IMG/VR virus record: IMGVR_UViG_3300037483_000335 | Coordinates: 1-39,655 of that record | Origin: a virus | Lineage: Duplodnaviria; Caudoviricetes | Direction: 5' to 3' (one strand) | Length of the DNA: 39,655 bases | In this document: in pieces, positions 8,719 to 18,783 of the stretch | Layout: each line of letters begins with the position of its first letter | Numbering within the stretch: position 1 is the first letter of the stretch | The notes under the pieces: model-generated | Databases searched by the model: none | Told to the model about the DNA's origin: nothing | The model's input: the letters and a program-made list of their open reading frames with translations, nothing else | Made by a program: the position numbers and the translations under genes

Positions 8719-9174
8719 ATGGCTACTAGAGGATTTGAGTTCGCGTATATGCTGGACGGCTCGAACAACACTCCAGTGATACGCGATTTTACTTTAGGCG
8801 TCGCCGCCGCTCACAAGGTCGGCGACCTGATGCTTATGGCATCCGACGGTTATATCGATCAAGTAACCGTCACAACCACGGAAGTGACCGGCATTATGCA
8901 GGAAGCCGTGGCGGCTGCTGATATCACCGCCGGGACCACAAAGGCAAAAGTGGCAATCTTGACCCGCAATCAGGTTTGGAAATGCTCGATGGACGCGACA
9001 ACTACCGCGTTCGTGGTGGGCTACACCAAGACCATCGACACGGCGGATTGCAACACCGTTTCGGCCAGCGATTCAAGCGGCGGCTCGTTGATCCTGGTAG
9101 ATACCGGGACCGATGACGACGGAAATGTATTGGCTTACGTGGTTTTTGCCGATACTTCATTCGGTAACACGTAA
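8719..9174 (+). CDS. Head decoration / capsid cement-like protein
   Basis: 151 aa, beta-rich, between scaffold and major capsid. Confidence 0.55.
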   Translation: MATRGFEFAYMLDGSNNTPVIRDFTLGVAAAHKVGDLMLMASDGYIDQVTVTTTEVTGIMQEAVAAADITAGTTKAKVAILTRNQVWKCSMDATTTAFVVGYTKTIDTADCNTVSASDSSGGSLILVDTGTDDDGNVLAYVVFADTSFGNT

Positions 9175-9188
9175 AAGGAGCGTGAGAC

Positions 9189-10091
9189 ATGACCACAATT
9201 TCAGAACAATGGGCAGAACTGCTCGAACCTGGTCTTCGCTCGATTTTCTTCAAGCAAGTGAACGCGCTGGCGGCATCGGCTAAAGCGCCGCTGTTCTACA
9301 ACGTGCAGGGCTCGACTATGGCTACCGAGTCCGCCCTGGGCGCTGGTGGCTTCGGCGACTGGAACGAGTACAAGGGCGCTATCGAGTACGACAACTTCGA
9401 CCAGGGCTACAAAACCACGTTCACACACGTGGAATATGCGCGCGGCTTCGCCGTAGAACGCAAACTGATTGACGACGACCAGTACAACATCATCAACGCC
9501 CGCCCCGCTGGGCTGGCATTGGCGGCAATGCGGAAACGCGAGAAAGACGCCGCCAACATCTTCAACAACGCCTTCGCTTCCGGCCTGGGCGCGGACAGCC
9601 AGTATCTTTGTGACGACGCTCACCCCGCCAACCCCGCCAACACTGCGACCACGCAGGACAACGCCGGATCAAGCGCGCTGTCCCGCGATGCGGTCATCGA
9701 AACCCGCCGCCTGATGCGCGAGTTCAAGGATGACCGGGGCGAACTGATCCAGGTCATGCCCGACATTTTGCTGGTCCCGCCTGAGCTGGAAGATGAAGCT
9801 TATGTGATCGTCCAGACACCCAATAAGCCAGGCAGTGGCGATAACGATTTGAACTTTGTCGCTGGCATGGGCCTGCAAGTGGTCGCTTGGGACTACCTGA
9901 CCGACGCGAACAACTGGTTCATGATCGACAGCCAGCTTGCCAAGCAGCATCTCTGGTGGTTCAACCGCGTTCCGATTGAGTTCGCGCTTGACCCGCAGAG
10001 CGACTTCCTGCTGACGTCAAAATGGCGCGGATATATGAGGTACTCTCTCGGCTTCTCGTCATGGGAATGGGTATACGGCCATTCCGTATAG
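9189..10091 (+). CDS. Major capsid protein (HK97 fold, Mu gpT-like)
   Basis: LLEPGL, IDDDQY, PDILLVPPELE, YLTDANNWF motifs; strong RBS. Confidence 0.85.
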   Translation: MTTISEQWAELLEPGLRSIFFKQVNALAASAKAPLFYNVQGSTMATESALGAGGFGDWNEYKGAIEYDNFDQGYKTTFTHVEYARGFAVERKLIDDDQYNIINARPAGLALAAMRKREKDAANIFNNAFASGLGADSQYLCDDAHPANPANTATTQDNAGSSALSRDAVIETRRLMREFKDDRGELIQVMPDILLVPPELEDEAYVIVQTPNKPGSGDNDLNFVAGMGLQVVAWDYLTDANNWFMIDSQLAKQHLWWFNRVPIEFALDPQSDFLLTSKWRGYMRYSLGFSSWEWVYGHSV

Positions 10092-10120
10092 TCGTGGATT
10101 AATCCACAAAGGAGAGAACC

Positions 10121-11074
10121 ATGACCACATTCGGAGATATGCTCTATCAATTCGGCGGCGTACCGGTCGGCCCACTCGGCATTGGTAACGTGTACTTTGT
10201 TATCAAGACCAACGAGCCCTATTACAGCGCTTTTCTCAATGAACACCAGGGGCAATACCCAGACGGTACTTGGCGCGTTCACAGCGCTACAGCCGCATCG
10301 TCCCATACGGCTATTCAAGCCGCGCTGGATGCGTGTGTCGAGGGGCGTAACGATTACGTCATCCTTCAGCCGTCTGACAGCGACTATGACATCACGGCGG
10401 CGCTTACGCTCAGTAAAAAGAGCGTTCATCTCGTCTGCCCCGCCGGTCTTGGACTGGAACGCGGCGCTACCAATGCTTGCCGCATTCACCAAAACACAGC
10501 AGAAACGGCGATCTTTGCGGTTAGCGACGCCTCGATTGAAATTGCAGGTTTCTACCTGAAACCATACGCGGACGCTTCGCATATCACCATTGCCGCCACG
10601 TCCTACGGGCTGAACATCCACCACAATTACTTTCCGCTGCAATGGACGACAACCCCGGCTGAGGCGATTTTATGTGCGGGGGATGGCGGGGCGTGGGGAC
10701 AGGTTTCGCACCACAACATCTTTGTGTCACAGGGCGGAGACGATGTAACTTGTGCCAGCCTCATCACGATTGGCTCATCTGCTACTGGTGCGCGCTGCGA
10801 CCATAACGACATCTTCATTGGAGATGGAAACGTCCTTACCAGCGCAATTACCAACTCCGCCACAAAGGGAACGACCAATTACAACACCTTCATGGTAGCC
10901 GCAGGAGATGGCACTATCACCACCTGCATTACTCAAGGCTCCTACGGTGTCGCAATTGGGAACCGTGCCTGTGTGGGCGCTGATGCGCTTGTCACCGGAG
11001 GCACGGACGACATTTCTGCCGTTGACAACATGAACTCGCTCGCCGGTGGAACTATCGCTGACGACCTCGATTAA
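10121..11074 (+). CDS. Right-handed beta-helix (pectin-lyase-like) virion-associated protein
   Basis: AIQAALDA...ND.VIL.P N-cap followed by repeated I..N.F coils. Confidence 0.6.
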   Translation: MTTFGDMLYQFGGVPVGPLGIGNVYFVIKTNEPYYSAFLNEHQGQYPDGTWRVHSATAASSHTAIQAALDACVEGRNDYVILQPSDSDYDITAALTLSKKSVHLVCPAGLGLERGATNACRIHQNTAETAIFAVSDASIEIAGFYLKPYADASHITIAATSYGLNIHHNYFPLQWTTTPAEAILCAGDGGAWGQVSHHNIFVSQGGDDVTCASLITIGSSATGARCDHNDIFIGDGNVLTSAITNSATKGTTNYNTFMVAAGDGTITTCITQGSYGVAIGNRACVGADALVTGGTDDISAVDNMNSLAGGTIADDLD

Positions 11075-11088
11075 TCGACTCTACCAGA

Positions 11089-11115
11089 AAAGGGCGGGCG
11101 CATAGCCTGCCCTTC
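11089..11115 (+). terminator. Hairpin after the head genes
   Basis: AAGGGCGGGC-gcata-GCCTGCCCTT. Confidence 0.45.
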
Positions 11116-11126
11116 TAGGAGTAGCC

Positions 11127-11597
11127 ATGATACTTGGCAGACAAAAAACCGTCGAAGCGGCGCTGACCATAGACGACGACGCCTATACCGCCAACGATGT
11201 AGTTGGCGGGCTGATTACGTTTGATGTCTCGAACGCCGCCGGATCTGGAATTGTGCGCTGGGCGCGGCTTGTAGATGATGACAACGAAAAAGCCGAGTTG
11301 ACCCTGTACCTGTTTGACACATCCCCGACCGCGATCCTTGATGACGCTGCCTTTGCGCCCGTCGTTGCCGACCTGAAAAACTACATCGGCAAGATCCTGT
11401 TTGAAGCGGCGGACTATGAAACCATCAACAGCAATGCGGTCGCCATGATCGGTCACGGGGTAAGCACCGACCTACTCAACATTGATTTCAAGACCGACAC
11501 TGGCAAGATTTACGGCTATCTGGTCGCAACCGCTACACCGACGTACACCGCCGTTACCGACTTGCATGTCTCGCTCGGAGTTTGGCTGGACGGGTAG
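11127..11597 (+). CDS. Virion structural protein (hypothetical)
   Basis: Acidic beta-rich ORF in the head-neck region; AGGAG RBS. Confidence 0.6.
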   Translation: MILGRQKTVEAALTIDDDAYTANDVVGGLITFDVSNAAGSGIVRWARLVDDDNEKAELTLYLFDTSPTAILDDAAFAPVVADLKNYIGKILFEAADYETINSNAVAMIGHGVSTDLLNIDFKTDTGKIYGYLVATATPTYTAVTDLHVSLGVWLDG

Positions 11598-11599
11598 CA

Positions 11600-12013
11600 A
11601 TGACCTTCACTTTTGCAACCGACCTTTCTACCGACTTAGCAAAAACCCGCTTCCACGTGGGAGATACCAACTCGGACGGCGCGTACCTGGCGGACGAAAC
11701 CATAAACGCCTTGCTGACCATCGAGGGGAGCGTAGGCGGCGCGGTTGTTGCCTGTATCAAGTACATCATTACGCAACTGTCACAGCCGAACTTCCGGCTG
11801 GACTGGCTGACCGTTTCCCGCGAAGAAGCCCGTAAGGGGTTTGAAAACCTGCTGAAAGTGAAAGCGCAGGAGTTAGGCGTCAGTCTTTCCGGCGCTACCG
11901 CGTCCGCTACCATCTCCCTGCCCTACCGGGCGGACAGCTACCAGTACACCAGCACGACCCGCACGGCAACCGAAGATACCGACGAAACCGCAGCCTATGA
12001 CGGGAGTCCGTAA
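11600..12013 (+). CDS. Head-tail adaptor protein
   Basis: RFHVGDT...LADETINALL motif; synteny. Confidence 0.7.
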   Translation: MTFTFATDLSTDLAKTRFHVGDTNSDGAYLADETINALLTIEGSVGGAVVACIKYIITQLSQPNFRLDWLTVSREEARKGFENLLKVKAQELGVSLSGATASATISLPYRADSYQYTSTTRTATEDTDETAAYDGSP

Positions 12014-12402
12014 TGCCCGCTCTCGCGTCTAACCAGCTGGCAAAGCAGCTACAGCGGGACACCGCCGCCTATACCTTTTGGGACACCGGCAACCTGCTAC
12101 AGGATACCGTGACCGGATTGGACAGCTACGGCCAGCCGACCGTAACCACCGCATCAACCGCTACTGCTTGCTCGTTCACGGATATGCCGGATCTCGAACG
12201 CTGGAAGGATTACGCGGACATTGATCAGATATCGGCTGAGGTGCGCTTTGCAGGATCAACCGCCCCGGCGCGGGGCAACCGCTTCACCATCACGGGCCGG
12301 TATGACGATAGCACCTATGTGGACAGCGCCTTTGAGATCATCGGCATAAAAGACCGGGGCGCGTTTGGGTATGTTTGCGCCTTGAAGAAGATCCAGATAT
12401 GA
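12013..12402 (+). CDS. Head closure / stopper protein
   Basis: DSYGQP motif; synteny. Confidence 0.6.
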   Translation: MPALASNQLAKQLQRDTAAYTFWDTGNLLQDTVTGLDSYGQPTVTTASTATACSFTDMPDLERWKDYADIDQISAEVRFAGSTAPARGNRFTITGRYDDSTYVDSAFEIIGIKDRGAFGYVCALKKIQI

Positions 12403-12776
12403 AAACCACCGTTGACGACCGCGAAGTCATGGCGCTGCTAAAGAAGATCACCCTTGATGAAAATGACCTGCTGGACATCGAGAAAGCGCCCGCGCTTGTG
12501 ATTGTGAACAAGCAGCGCGAGTTAGTCCCGGTGGATACATCGCTAACCAAAAACAGCGTACAGCAGCACATCCAAGAATCAAGTGACACGGAAGTGATTG
12601 ACCACATCGGCCCGGAAACAACCTACGCGCCCTATATCGAGTTTGGCGTAGCATCGAAGCCCAACTACCCGATACAGCCGTTTGTGAGGCCGTCCGCGTT
12701 TGGCAACGAGAACAACGTCGCCCGCGCTGCAATGACGGCGTTTACAGCGAAGGTCAAGGGCAAAACCAATGGCTGA
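12399..12776 (+). CDS. HK97 gp10-like neck protein
   Basis: VPVDT, YAPYIEFG, QPFVRP motifs. Confidence 0.8.
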   Translation: MKTTVDDREVMALLKKITLDENDLLDIEKAPALVIVNKQRELVPVDTSLTKNSVQQHIQESSDTEVIDHIGPETTYAPYIEFGVASKPNYPIQPFVRPSAFGNENNVARAAMTAFTAKVKGKTNG

Positions 12777-13167
12777 CGCGGAAGCGAACCTGAGAACGTA
12801 CCTGCTCACCAAAACGGGCGTAACGTCGGCATTTGGCGCAAGCAACACGCGGATTTACATTGACCGGATCGAAGTGCCCGCCGTGTACCCGTATGCCATT
12901 ATCCGCACGGTAACGGAAGCCACCGACTACAGCCTGACCGCCGCGCTGAAAGACAGGACGCTTTTCCAGATCGACGTGTACTCGAACGTCAAAAGTACCT
13001 GCAACAGCGGGGCGGACGCGATCAAGACGGCGCTATCGGGCTACTCCGGCGCGATGGGAACCATGACCGCAGGTCGCGCTTTTTTCATCAACACGCGCGG
13101 GGGCTACGAGCCTGACGCGCAATTATTCCGCCGCTCGATGGATGTGGAAATCACCCAGGACGGTTAA
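12769..13167 (+). CDS. Tail terminator (DUF3168-like)
   Basis: YPYA...FQIDVY motif; synteny. Confidence 0.75.
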   Translation: MADAEANLRTYLLTKTGVTSAFGASNTRIYIDRIEVPAVYPYAIIRTVTEATDYSLTAALKDRTLFQIDVYSNVKSTCNSGADAIKTALSGYSGAMGTMTAGRAFFINTRGGYEPDAQLFRRSMDVEITQDG

Positions 13168-13183
13168 AGATTGGATAGCAGGC

Positions 13184-13474
13184 ATGTACAAAACGCAAAT
13201 TGAACTTGAATTGCAAATCGCTTATGAGTGGGCGCGCCAAGGGAACATTGAAAGAACCCTACTCCATATTGATTTAGCCAAGAAGTATCTAACTGAATTG
13301 GCAGAGATCATTGAACGCAAAAGCGAAGAAGAAAAAGATTTTTCCGGCGATGAAATGAGATATTGGCAACACAGCGAGACGGGGCGTGTTGTTGGAACTC
13401 CCGAAAAGCCGCCGGGAGAGTGGGCAGAAATTACTAAGGCGCAATATAGGCAAACCGTCGAAAACAGGAGTTAA
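13184..13474 (+). CDS. Hypothetical protein inserted before the tail tube gene
   Basis: AT-richer ORF between tail terminator and tail tube. Confidence 0.45.
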   Translation: MYKTQIELELQIAYEWARQGNIERTLLHIDLAKKYLTELAEIIERKSEEEKDFSGDEMRYWQHSETGRVVGTPEKPPGEWAEITKAQYRQTVENRS

Positions 13475-13478
13475 TCAA

Positions 13479-14237
13479 ATGGCTGAATATGATGCTTTTG
13501 GCACTCAATTAAAAACCGGGACGGCGCAGGTAGAAACCGCCGTAGTCGTGGTGACGTCTGTAACCGCTGGCGATGCGAATTTTATTTTGACCGCCGACGG
13601 TATGACCGGCTCCCCCATCACGACCGCCGTCACGCTGGCGGAGAGCGACAGCGCCGACGCGGTAGCGACCAAGGCCGCCGCCGCGATGAATTTGGATGCG
13701 AACATTACCGCGCTCTTTTCGGTGGTTGCCGATGGTCCGAACATCGTCATCACCCGCAAGATCGCCGCCGCCAATGATGCGACGCTGAACCTGGCATATG
13801 CCGATGACACGTCGGGCGGTTTGACAGACGACGCTACATCGAACGACACAACCGCAGGCACGGCGCTTACAGCGATCGCGCAGGTGCGCAACATCTCTGG
13901 CCCGGCGCTTGCGCTGGATACAGAAGATGTCACCACCCATGACAGCACCGGCGCGTGGGAAGAAGTGGTAGGAACCATTCTGCGGACCGGGGAAATGACG
14001 CTCGAAATCGTCTACGACCCCGTAGCCAACACGCACGACGGGACCGACGCGGGCGGGCTTGTGTCCAGGCTGAAAAACAAAACCCTGACGGATTTCTCGC
14101 TGGTATTCAGCGACGCAGCTTCGACTACATGGTCATTTGACGGGTATGTCACCGGCTTTGAACCGGGCGCACCGCACGAAGGCAGCCTGACCGCTTCTGT
14201 GTCAGTCAAGATTTCTGGCGTTCCGACGCTTGTATAA
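13479..14237 (+). CDS. Major tail tube protein paralog 1, with an internal ~110-aa extra domain
   Basis: NISGP.L.LDTEDVT.HDS...GE..LEIVYDP...F.GYVTGF; AGGAG RBS. Confidence 0.8.
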   Translation: MAEYDAFGTQLKTGTAQVETAVVVVTSVTAGDANFILTADGMTGSPITTAVTLAESDSADAVATKAAAAMNLDANITALFSVVADGPNIVITRKIAAANDATLNLAYADDTSGGLTDDATSNDTTAGTALTAIAQVRNISGPALALDTEDVTTHDSTGAWEEVVGTILRTGEMTLEIVYDPVANTHDGTDAGGLVSRLKNKTLTDFSLVFSDAASTTWSFDGYVTGFEPGAPHEGSLTASVSVKISGVPTLV

Positions 14238-14248
14238 GGAGTAACAAC

Positions 14249-14671
14249 ATGGCAAAGTATGACGCTTACGGAACCACGCTCTACCGGGGCACATCCGGCG
14301 CGGGTACGGCAATCGCACAGATCCGCAATATCTCAGGACCCGGCTTATCCCTGGATACCGAAGATGTGACGGCGCACGATAGTACGGGCGCATGGGAAGA
14401 GGTTGTAGCGACGATTCTACGCTCGGGCGAGTTATCGCTTGAGATCGTCTATGACCCCGCTAACGCCACGCACAAGAACGCGGCGGGCGGCTTGCTCGCC
14501 GATATGGTAGCGCGGGCTGCGCAGACCTACACGCTGGTGTTCCCTGACGCCGCAAGCACCGAATGGGTATTCTCGGCATTCGTGACCGGCTTTGAGCCTG
14601 GTATGCCGCATGAGGGCGCTTTGACGGCCTCTGTGTCGATGAAACCCACCGGCTCCCCAACGTTAGCTTAA
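14249..14671 (+). CDS. Major tail tube protein paralog 2
   Basis: Same motifs as 13479-14237 without the insertion. Confidence 0.85.
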   Translation: MAKYDAYGTTLYRGTSGAGTAIAQIRNISGPGLSLDTEDVTAHDSTGAWEEVVATILRSGELSLEIVYDPANATHKNAAGGLLADMVARAAQTYTLVFPDAASTEWVFSAFVTGFEPGMPHEGALTASVSMKPTGSPTLA

Positions 14672-14722
14672 CCTGAGCCAATACAGGGGCAGTTTCCCGA
14701 AAGGGAAGAAAGTAGATTGATT

Positions 14723-15133
14723 ATGTCGCTGAACAGAGATGACATCCTGCAAGCGCAAGATGTCCATGTCGAGAAAGTTTTTGTACCCGAATGGGCGAAA
14801 GATAAAAACAAGCCTAAAGAAGCCTTTGTGTTCGTCAAGAACATGACCGGCGACGAGCGCGATTTATACGAAGGCAGCATTCTTCGGGATAAAAAAGGCA
14901 ATGTCGTCATGGAGCAGGTGCGCGCCAAATTAGTGGCCTGTACCGCCTGTGATGAAAACGGCGAATTGCTCTTTACCACAAAGGACATTGCTGCCCTCGG
15001 CAAAAAGTCCGCCGCCGCCCTACAACGTGTTTTCGATGCCGCCGTAAAGTTAAACGCTATCAGCAAACAGGACATTGACGAACTGGCGGACAATCTCGAA
15101 AAAAACCCTTTAGACGGTTCTGCTTCCGATTAG
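14723..15133 (+). CDS. Tail assembly chaperone (gpG-like)
   Basis: VPEW, MTGDERD, DENG..LF motifs; slippery site near the 3' end. Confidence 0.8.
   Translation: MSLNRDDILQAQDVHVEKVFVPEWAKDKNKPKEAFVFVKNMTGDERDLYEGSILRDKKGNVVMEQVRAKLVACTACDENGELLFTTKDIAALGKKSAAALQRVFDAAVKLNAISKQDIDELADNLEKNPLDGSASD
15100..15106 (+). other. Programmed -1 ribosomal frameshift site A-AAA-AAC
   Basis: The -1 frame reads KPFRRFCFRLALALGMTVRELL into the 15148-15429 ORF. Confidence 0.8.
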
Positions 15134-15147
15134 CCCTGGCCCTGGGC

Positions 15148-15429
15148 ATGACCGTCCGTGAATTACTGGCAAGGGTAGACAGCCGGGAACTTTCCGAGTG
15201 GCGCGCGTTCTACATGTTGGAGCCGTTCGGCGCTGATGCGGAGTATTACGGCCATGCGCTGAACGCCGCGCACATCATCAATTCGCGGAGAAAACGGAGA
15301 GACTACGTAAAAGCTGATGATTTGATGCCGAAATTCGGCAAGCCAAAGGAGCAAACGGTGGATGAAATGATAAGCATTGTCCAGATGTACAATGCCGCCC
15401 TGGGCGGCGAAGACCAAAGGGAAAAATGA
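15148..15429 (+). CDS. Tail assembly chaperone frameshift extension (gpT-like)
   Basis: SRELSEWRAFY.LEPFG motif; in the -1 frame from the chaperone. Confidence 0.75.
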   Translation: MTVRELLARVDSRELSEWRAFYMLEPFGADAEYYGHALNAAHIINSRRKRRDYVKADDLMPKFGKPKEQTVDEMISIVQMYNAALGGEDQREK

Positions 15430-17327
15430 CCACAGTCGCAACGCTTTGGGTAAAGCTCGGCCTGGACACGAAAGACTATGAGAAGGGTCTGGACAAAGCC
15501 CAAAAAGGCACAAAAGACGCATCCAAGAAAATAGACCGGGAAGCCCAGAGTATCGGCGGTTTCCTGGCAAAAAATGCCGCCTTCATCGGCGCAGTTTCGG
15601 CTGCGGGCGCTGCGGTCTGGGATATGACACAGGCCGCATCAGACCTGAGCGAGAGCGTCAACAAAGTAAACGTGGTCTTTGGGGATAGCGCACAGGAAAT
15701 ACAGGACTGGTCACAGACTACCGCCACGAATATCGGCATCTCCCGGCAGGCTGCGCTCGAAGCCGCCGGGACGTATGGCAACCTGTTTACGTCGCTGGGC
15801 CTGACCCGTGACGCCGCCGGGGATATGTCTACCAGCCTGGTAGAGCTGGCGGCGGATATGGCATCCTTCAACAACGCCGACCCGTCCGAAGTGCTCATGG
15901 CGCTGCGCTCCGGGCTATCGGGGGAAATCGAGCCGCTCAAGAAATACGGTATCGCCATGAACGAAGCCATCATGAAACAGAAGGCGTTCCAGATGGGCCT
16001 GGGGGATAGCGTCCAGGCATTGAGCGAAGCCGAAAAGCTGCAAGTACGTTACGCCATTATCATGGATCAGACCACTAACGCGCAAGGCGATTTTGCGCGC
16101 ACGTCTGACGGACTGGCAAATACCATGCGCACACTCAAGGCGCAGTTCACGGACATCAAGGCGATTTTGGGCGAGGCGTTTTTGCCAGACATCCAACAGG
16201 CGGCAACCGACTTAAAGGTATTCTCGACCTGGGTCAAGGAAAACATCGAAGATATAAAGAAATGGGGTGGCTACCTGTCCTGGGTGACGATGCTCCCGTC
16301 AAAGCTGGGGCATGAGCTGGCCGGGTTGATACGCGGCGAAAAGGGCGTAGCCGAAAACGCCGAAGAAATGGGAGATGCGGCCAGCGGTGCGGCGATGCAG
16401 GTGGATGATTTAGTCCCGGCGCTGTCAGAAACGACCGACGCCACGAAGGAAGCCGAAGCCGCCGCCAAAGCGTTGACCGACGCATATAAAGGTATCCTGT
16501 CCACCGCCTTTGACCTGAACCGGGAAAGTACCCAATTTGCCGAAGATGAAGCCAGCCGCGCTCAGCAGTTACAGGACATCGCGGGCGAGAAAGTGCGCTT
16601 GCAGATGGAACAGAACGCGGTACAGGCGGCGGGAAACCTAGACCTGGCCGCGCGTAACGATTTTATGCTCAAGCAGATCGAGTTGGACAACGAACACAAC
16701 GACATATTGAAGGAAAGCGCACAGGCTGAGGAAGATTTAGCGAAAGCGCACCAGCGCCGGATTTACGACCTGGTGGAAAGCCGCCTCGCCGTTGACGGCC
16801 TGGCGTCGGGTGAATTCGATTACCTGCAAAACCTACAGGTGCAAATGGGGCTCGTTTCCCGCGCCGACGCGGACAAGGCCATACAGATCAGCCGGGACGC
16901 GGACCAGTTTGTCGCAGCCTACGCGGAACAAAACGACAGCGTAAGCAGCTTGAAACAGACGCTTGACCTGATCCCGGCAAACAGCCCGTACCGGGCGCAG
17001 ATCGTGATCGAAACCATCGGCTCTATCCCGTCCTTTTCGGGCATCGCCGCGGGCGGGCCTTTCGGCGGGCTGCATGAGCAGGTGAATTTCAGCGGTCCTC
17101 TCATGGGGGGGTTTGCTGGCGGCGCGGAGAATTTCACCGTTCCCCCCGGCTTCCCGAACGACAGTTTTGTTGCCGGTTTCACGTCCGGCGAAGTTTTGAA
17201 TGTAGATCGGGCGGGCGAGACGAACAGCACCGACAACAGGCAGGACATAACGATCATACAAAACATCTACGGCCCGCAGGATTGGGACTATTACGCTCAA
17301 GAGATCAAGGAGCGGATTTTGCGATGA
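15426..17327 (+). CDS. Tape measure protein
   Basis: TLWVKLGLD N-terminus, AADMASFNN, GEIEPLKKYG, QGDFART; helical and Ala-rich. Confidence 0.88.
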   Translation: MTTVATLWVKLGLDTKDYEKGLDKAQKGTKDASKKIDREAQSIGGFLAKNAAFIGAVSAAGAAVWDMTQAASDLSESVNKVNVVFGDSAQEIQDWSQTTATNIGISRQAALEAAGTYGNLFTSLGLTRDAAGDMSTSLVELAADMASFNNADPSEVLMALRSGLSGEIEPLKKYGIAMNEAIMKQKAFQMGLGDSVQALSEAEKLQVRYAIIMDQTTNAQGDFARTSDGLANTMRTLKAQFTDIKAILGEAFLPDIQQAATDLKVFSTWVKENIEDIKKWGGYLSWVTMLPSKLGHELAGLIRGEKGVAENAEEMGDAASGAAMQVDDLVPALSETTDATKEAEAAAKALTDAYKGILSTAFDLNRESTQFAEDEASRAQQLQDIAGEKVRLQMEQNAVQAAGNLDLAARNDFMLKQIELDNEHNDILKESAQAEEDLAKAHQRRIYDLVESRLAVDGLASGEFDYLQNLQVQMGLVSRADADKAIQISRDADQFVAAYAEQNDSVSSLKQTLDLIPANSPYRAQIVIETIGSIPSFSGIAAGGPFGGLHEQVNFSGPLMGGFAGGAENFTVPPGFPNDSFVAGFTSGEVLNVDRAGETNSTDNRQDITIIQNIYGPQDWDYYAQEIKERILR

Positions 17328-18670
17328 CAACGAGTGTACTCCGAATCACGGACGGCACGACCACCAAGACATTCTCAAGCGGCGATAATATGAAGCTGAT
17401 CCGCTACGAGCCGCGTATCTCCATGAACGGGGAAGATATACAGGAAGTGGCGGAAGTCGATTTCGTCTCGACCGCCTCCGCAAATACCGCCAACATCCAG
17501 GCGATTAACCGCCTGTTCGAGCAGGCGCGCAATTACGAGCGCACCGAAACCGGCCCGAAGGTCTACATCGAATTCGATCCGGGCACGAGCGGGACAGCCT
17601 GGCGCAGCCGCGTGAAAACCGGCGGGGTGATCCTGCATAATACCATTTTAGGGCCGTGGCAATACGACACCCGTTTTAGGCTCAAAATCGAATGGACGCG
17701 CCAGCCGTTCTGGGAAGGCGCATTGACACAAATCCCGCTGACCAACGCCAGCGCAACGGACGACACAGCCGGGATCACCATCACCAACGCCAACGACGCG
17801 ACGGCGGAGAATTGGGTATCCATCAAGGCCGCTGACGTGGTTGGGGATTTGCCCGCGCCAATCAAGCTGCAAATGTATAACAGCAAAAACGGGGCGGACG
17901 AGACAGACGAGATTTATGTATTCCACAACGTCCACTCGACACCCGCGAGTTTAGATCATATTCTCGAGGGCGAAGATGCCACCGGCGCGGGGATCACGGA
18001 CACTGGCGACGCTACCGACAGCGGCGATTTCTTCGCGTCTATCGCCTGGACTGCGACCACCGAAACGCTGGTAGCGACCTGGGCGCTGGCAAGCGCGGAT
18101 CTCGATTATATGGCCGGTGGGCGCTTTGCCATTCTCGCCCGCTGGGATGCTGCATTCCCGTACACAAACGTTTGGTTGCGGCTGAAACTCGAAGGTACAT
18201 CGTCTGTCCTGTATACCGGGAATTTGTCGCTTATTCCTGACCTGCGCGGGCTTCACTGGCTCGACACGTTCCGACTACCCCCCTACCTGGCGGGGCAAGC
18301 CAATCTCAAGGGGGTCAATCTGAAATTATATGCGCTGCGTAATACCGCCGGGGAACATACCATCGCGCTTGATTATCTAATGCTTGGCGCGATTTCCGGC
18401 GATAACGGCTGGAAACGGTTTGTATCGGTGGATGTGGGGATCGCCTACCAGGAGTACTTCACGCATGATGATACCGAAGGCTTTACTTACCGGACAGACA
18501 CCAGCGCCGACATTATCGCCGAGTTCACCGGCTACGGCGGGCCTATTTTGCTGACGCCGAACGCGGTGCAAAAGCTGTACTTCCTGACCGCTGACGAAAA
18601 CGGGCTGGCGAAGGTTGATCAGACGTGGACGATAAAACTTTGGTACAGGCCGCGCCGGAATAGCCTATAA
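17324..18670 (+). CDS. Distal tail (Dit-like) protein
   Basis: Follows tape measure; QPFW, GDLPAP, C-terminal YRPR. Confidence 0.65.
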   Translation: MTTSVLRITDGTTTKTFSSGDNMKLIRYEPRISMNGEDIQEVAEVDFVSTASANTANIQAINRLFEQARNYERTETGPKVYIEFDPGTSGTAWRSRVKTGGVILHNTILGPWQYDTRFRLKIEWTRQPFWEGALTQIPLTNASATDDTAGITITNANDATAENWVSIKAADVVGDLPAPIKLQMYNSKNGADETDEIYVFHNVHSTPASLDHILEGEDATGAGITDTGDATDSGDFFASIAWTATTETLVATWALASADLDYMAGGRFAILARWDAAFPYTNVWLRLKLEGTSSVLYTGNLSLIPDLRGLHWLDTFRLPPYLAGQANLKGVNLKLYALRNTAGEHTIALDYLMLGAISGDNGWKRFVSVDVGIAYQEYFTHDDTEGFTYRTDTSADIIAEFTGYGGPILLTPNAVQKLYFLTADENGLAKVDQTWTIKLWYRPRRNSL

Positions 18671-18676
18671 CGAAAT

Positions 18677-18695
18677 ACCCCGCAGAGATGCGGGG
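18677..18695. terminator. GC hairpin between convergent Dit and ibrB
   Basis: CCCCGCA-gaga-TGCGGGG. Confidence 0.55.
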
Positions 18696-18783
18696 CAGGA
18701 CTTTAACAATCGAATAATCATTCAAACTTCGTAAACAACAGGGAATGACAGGTGACAATAAGCCGCCTGTCATTCCCAATATT

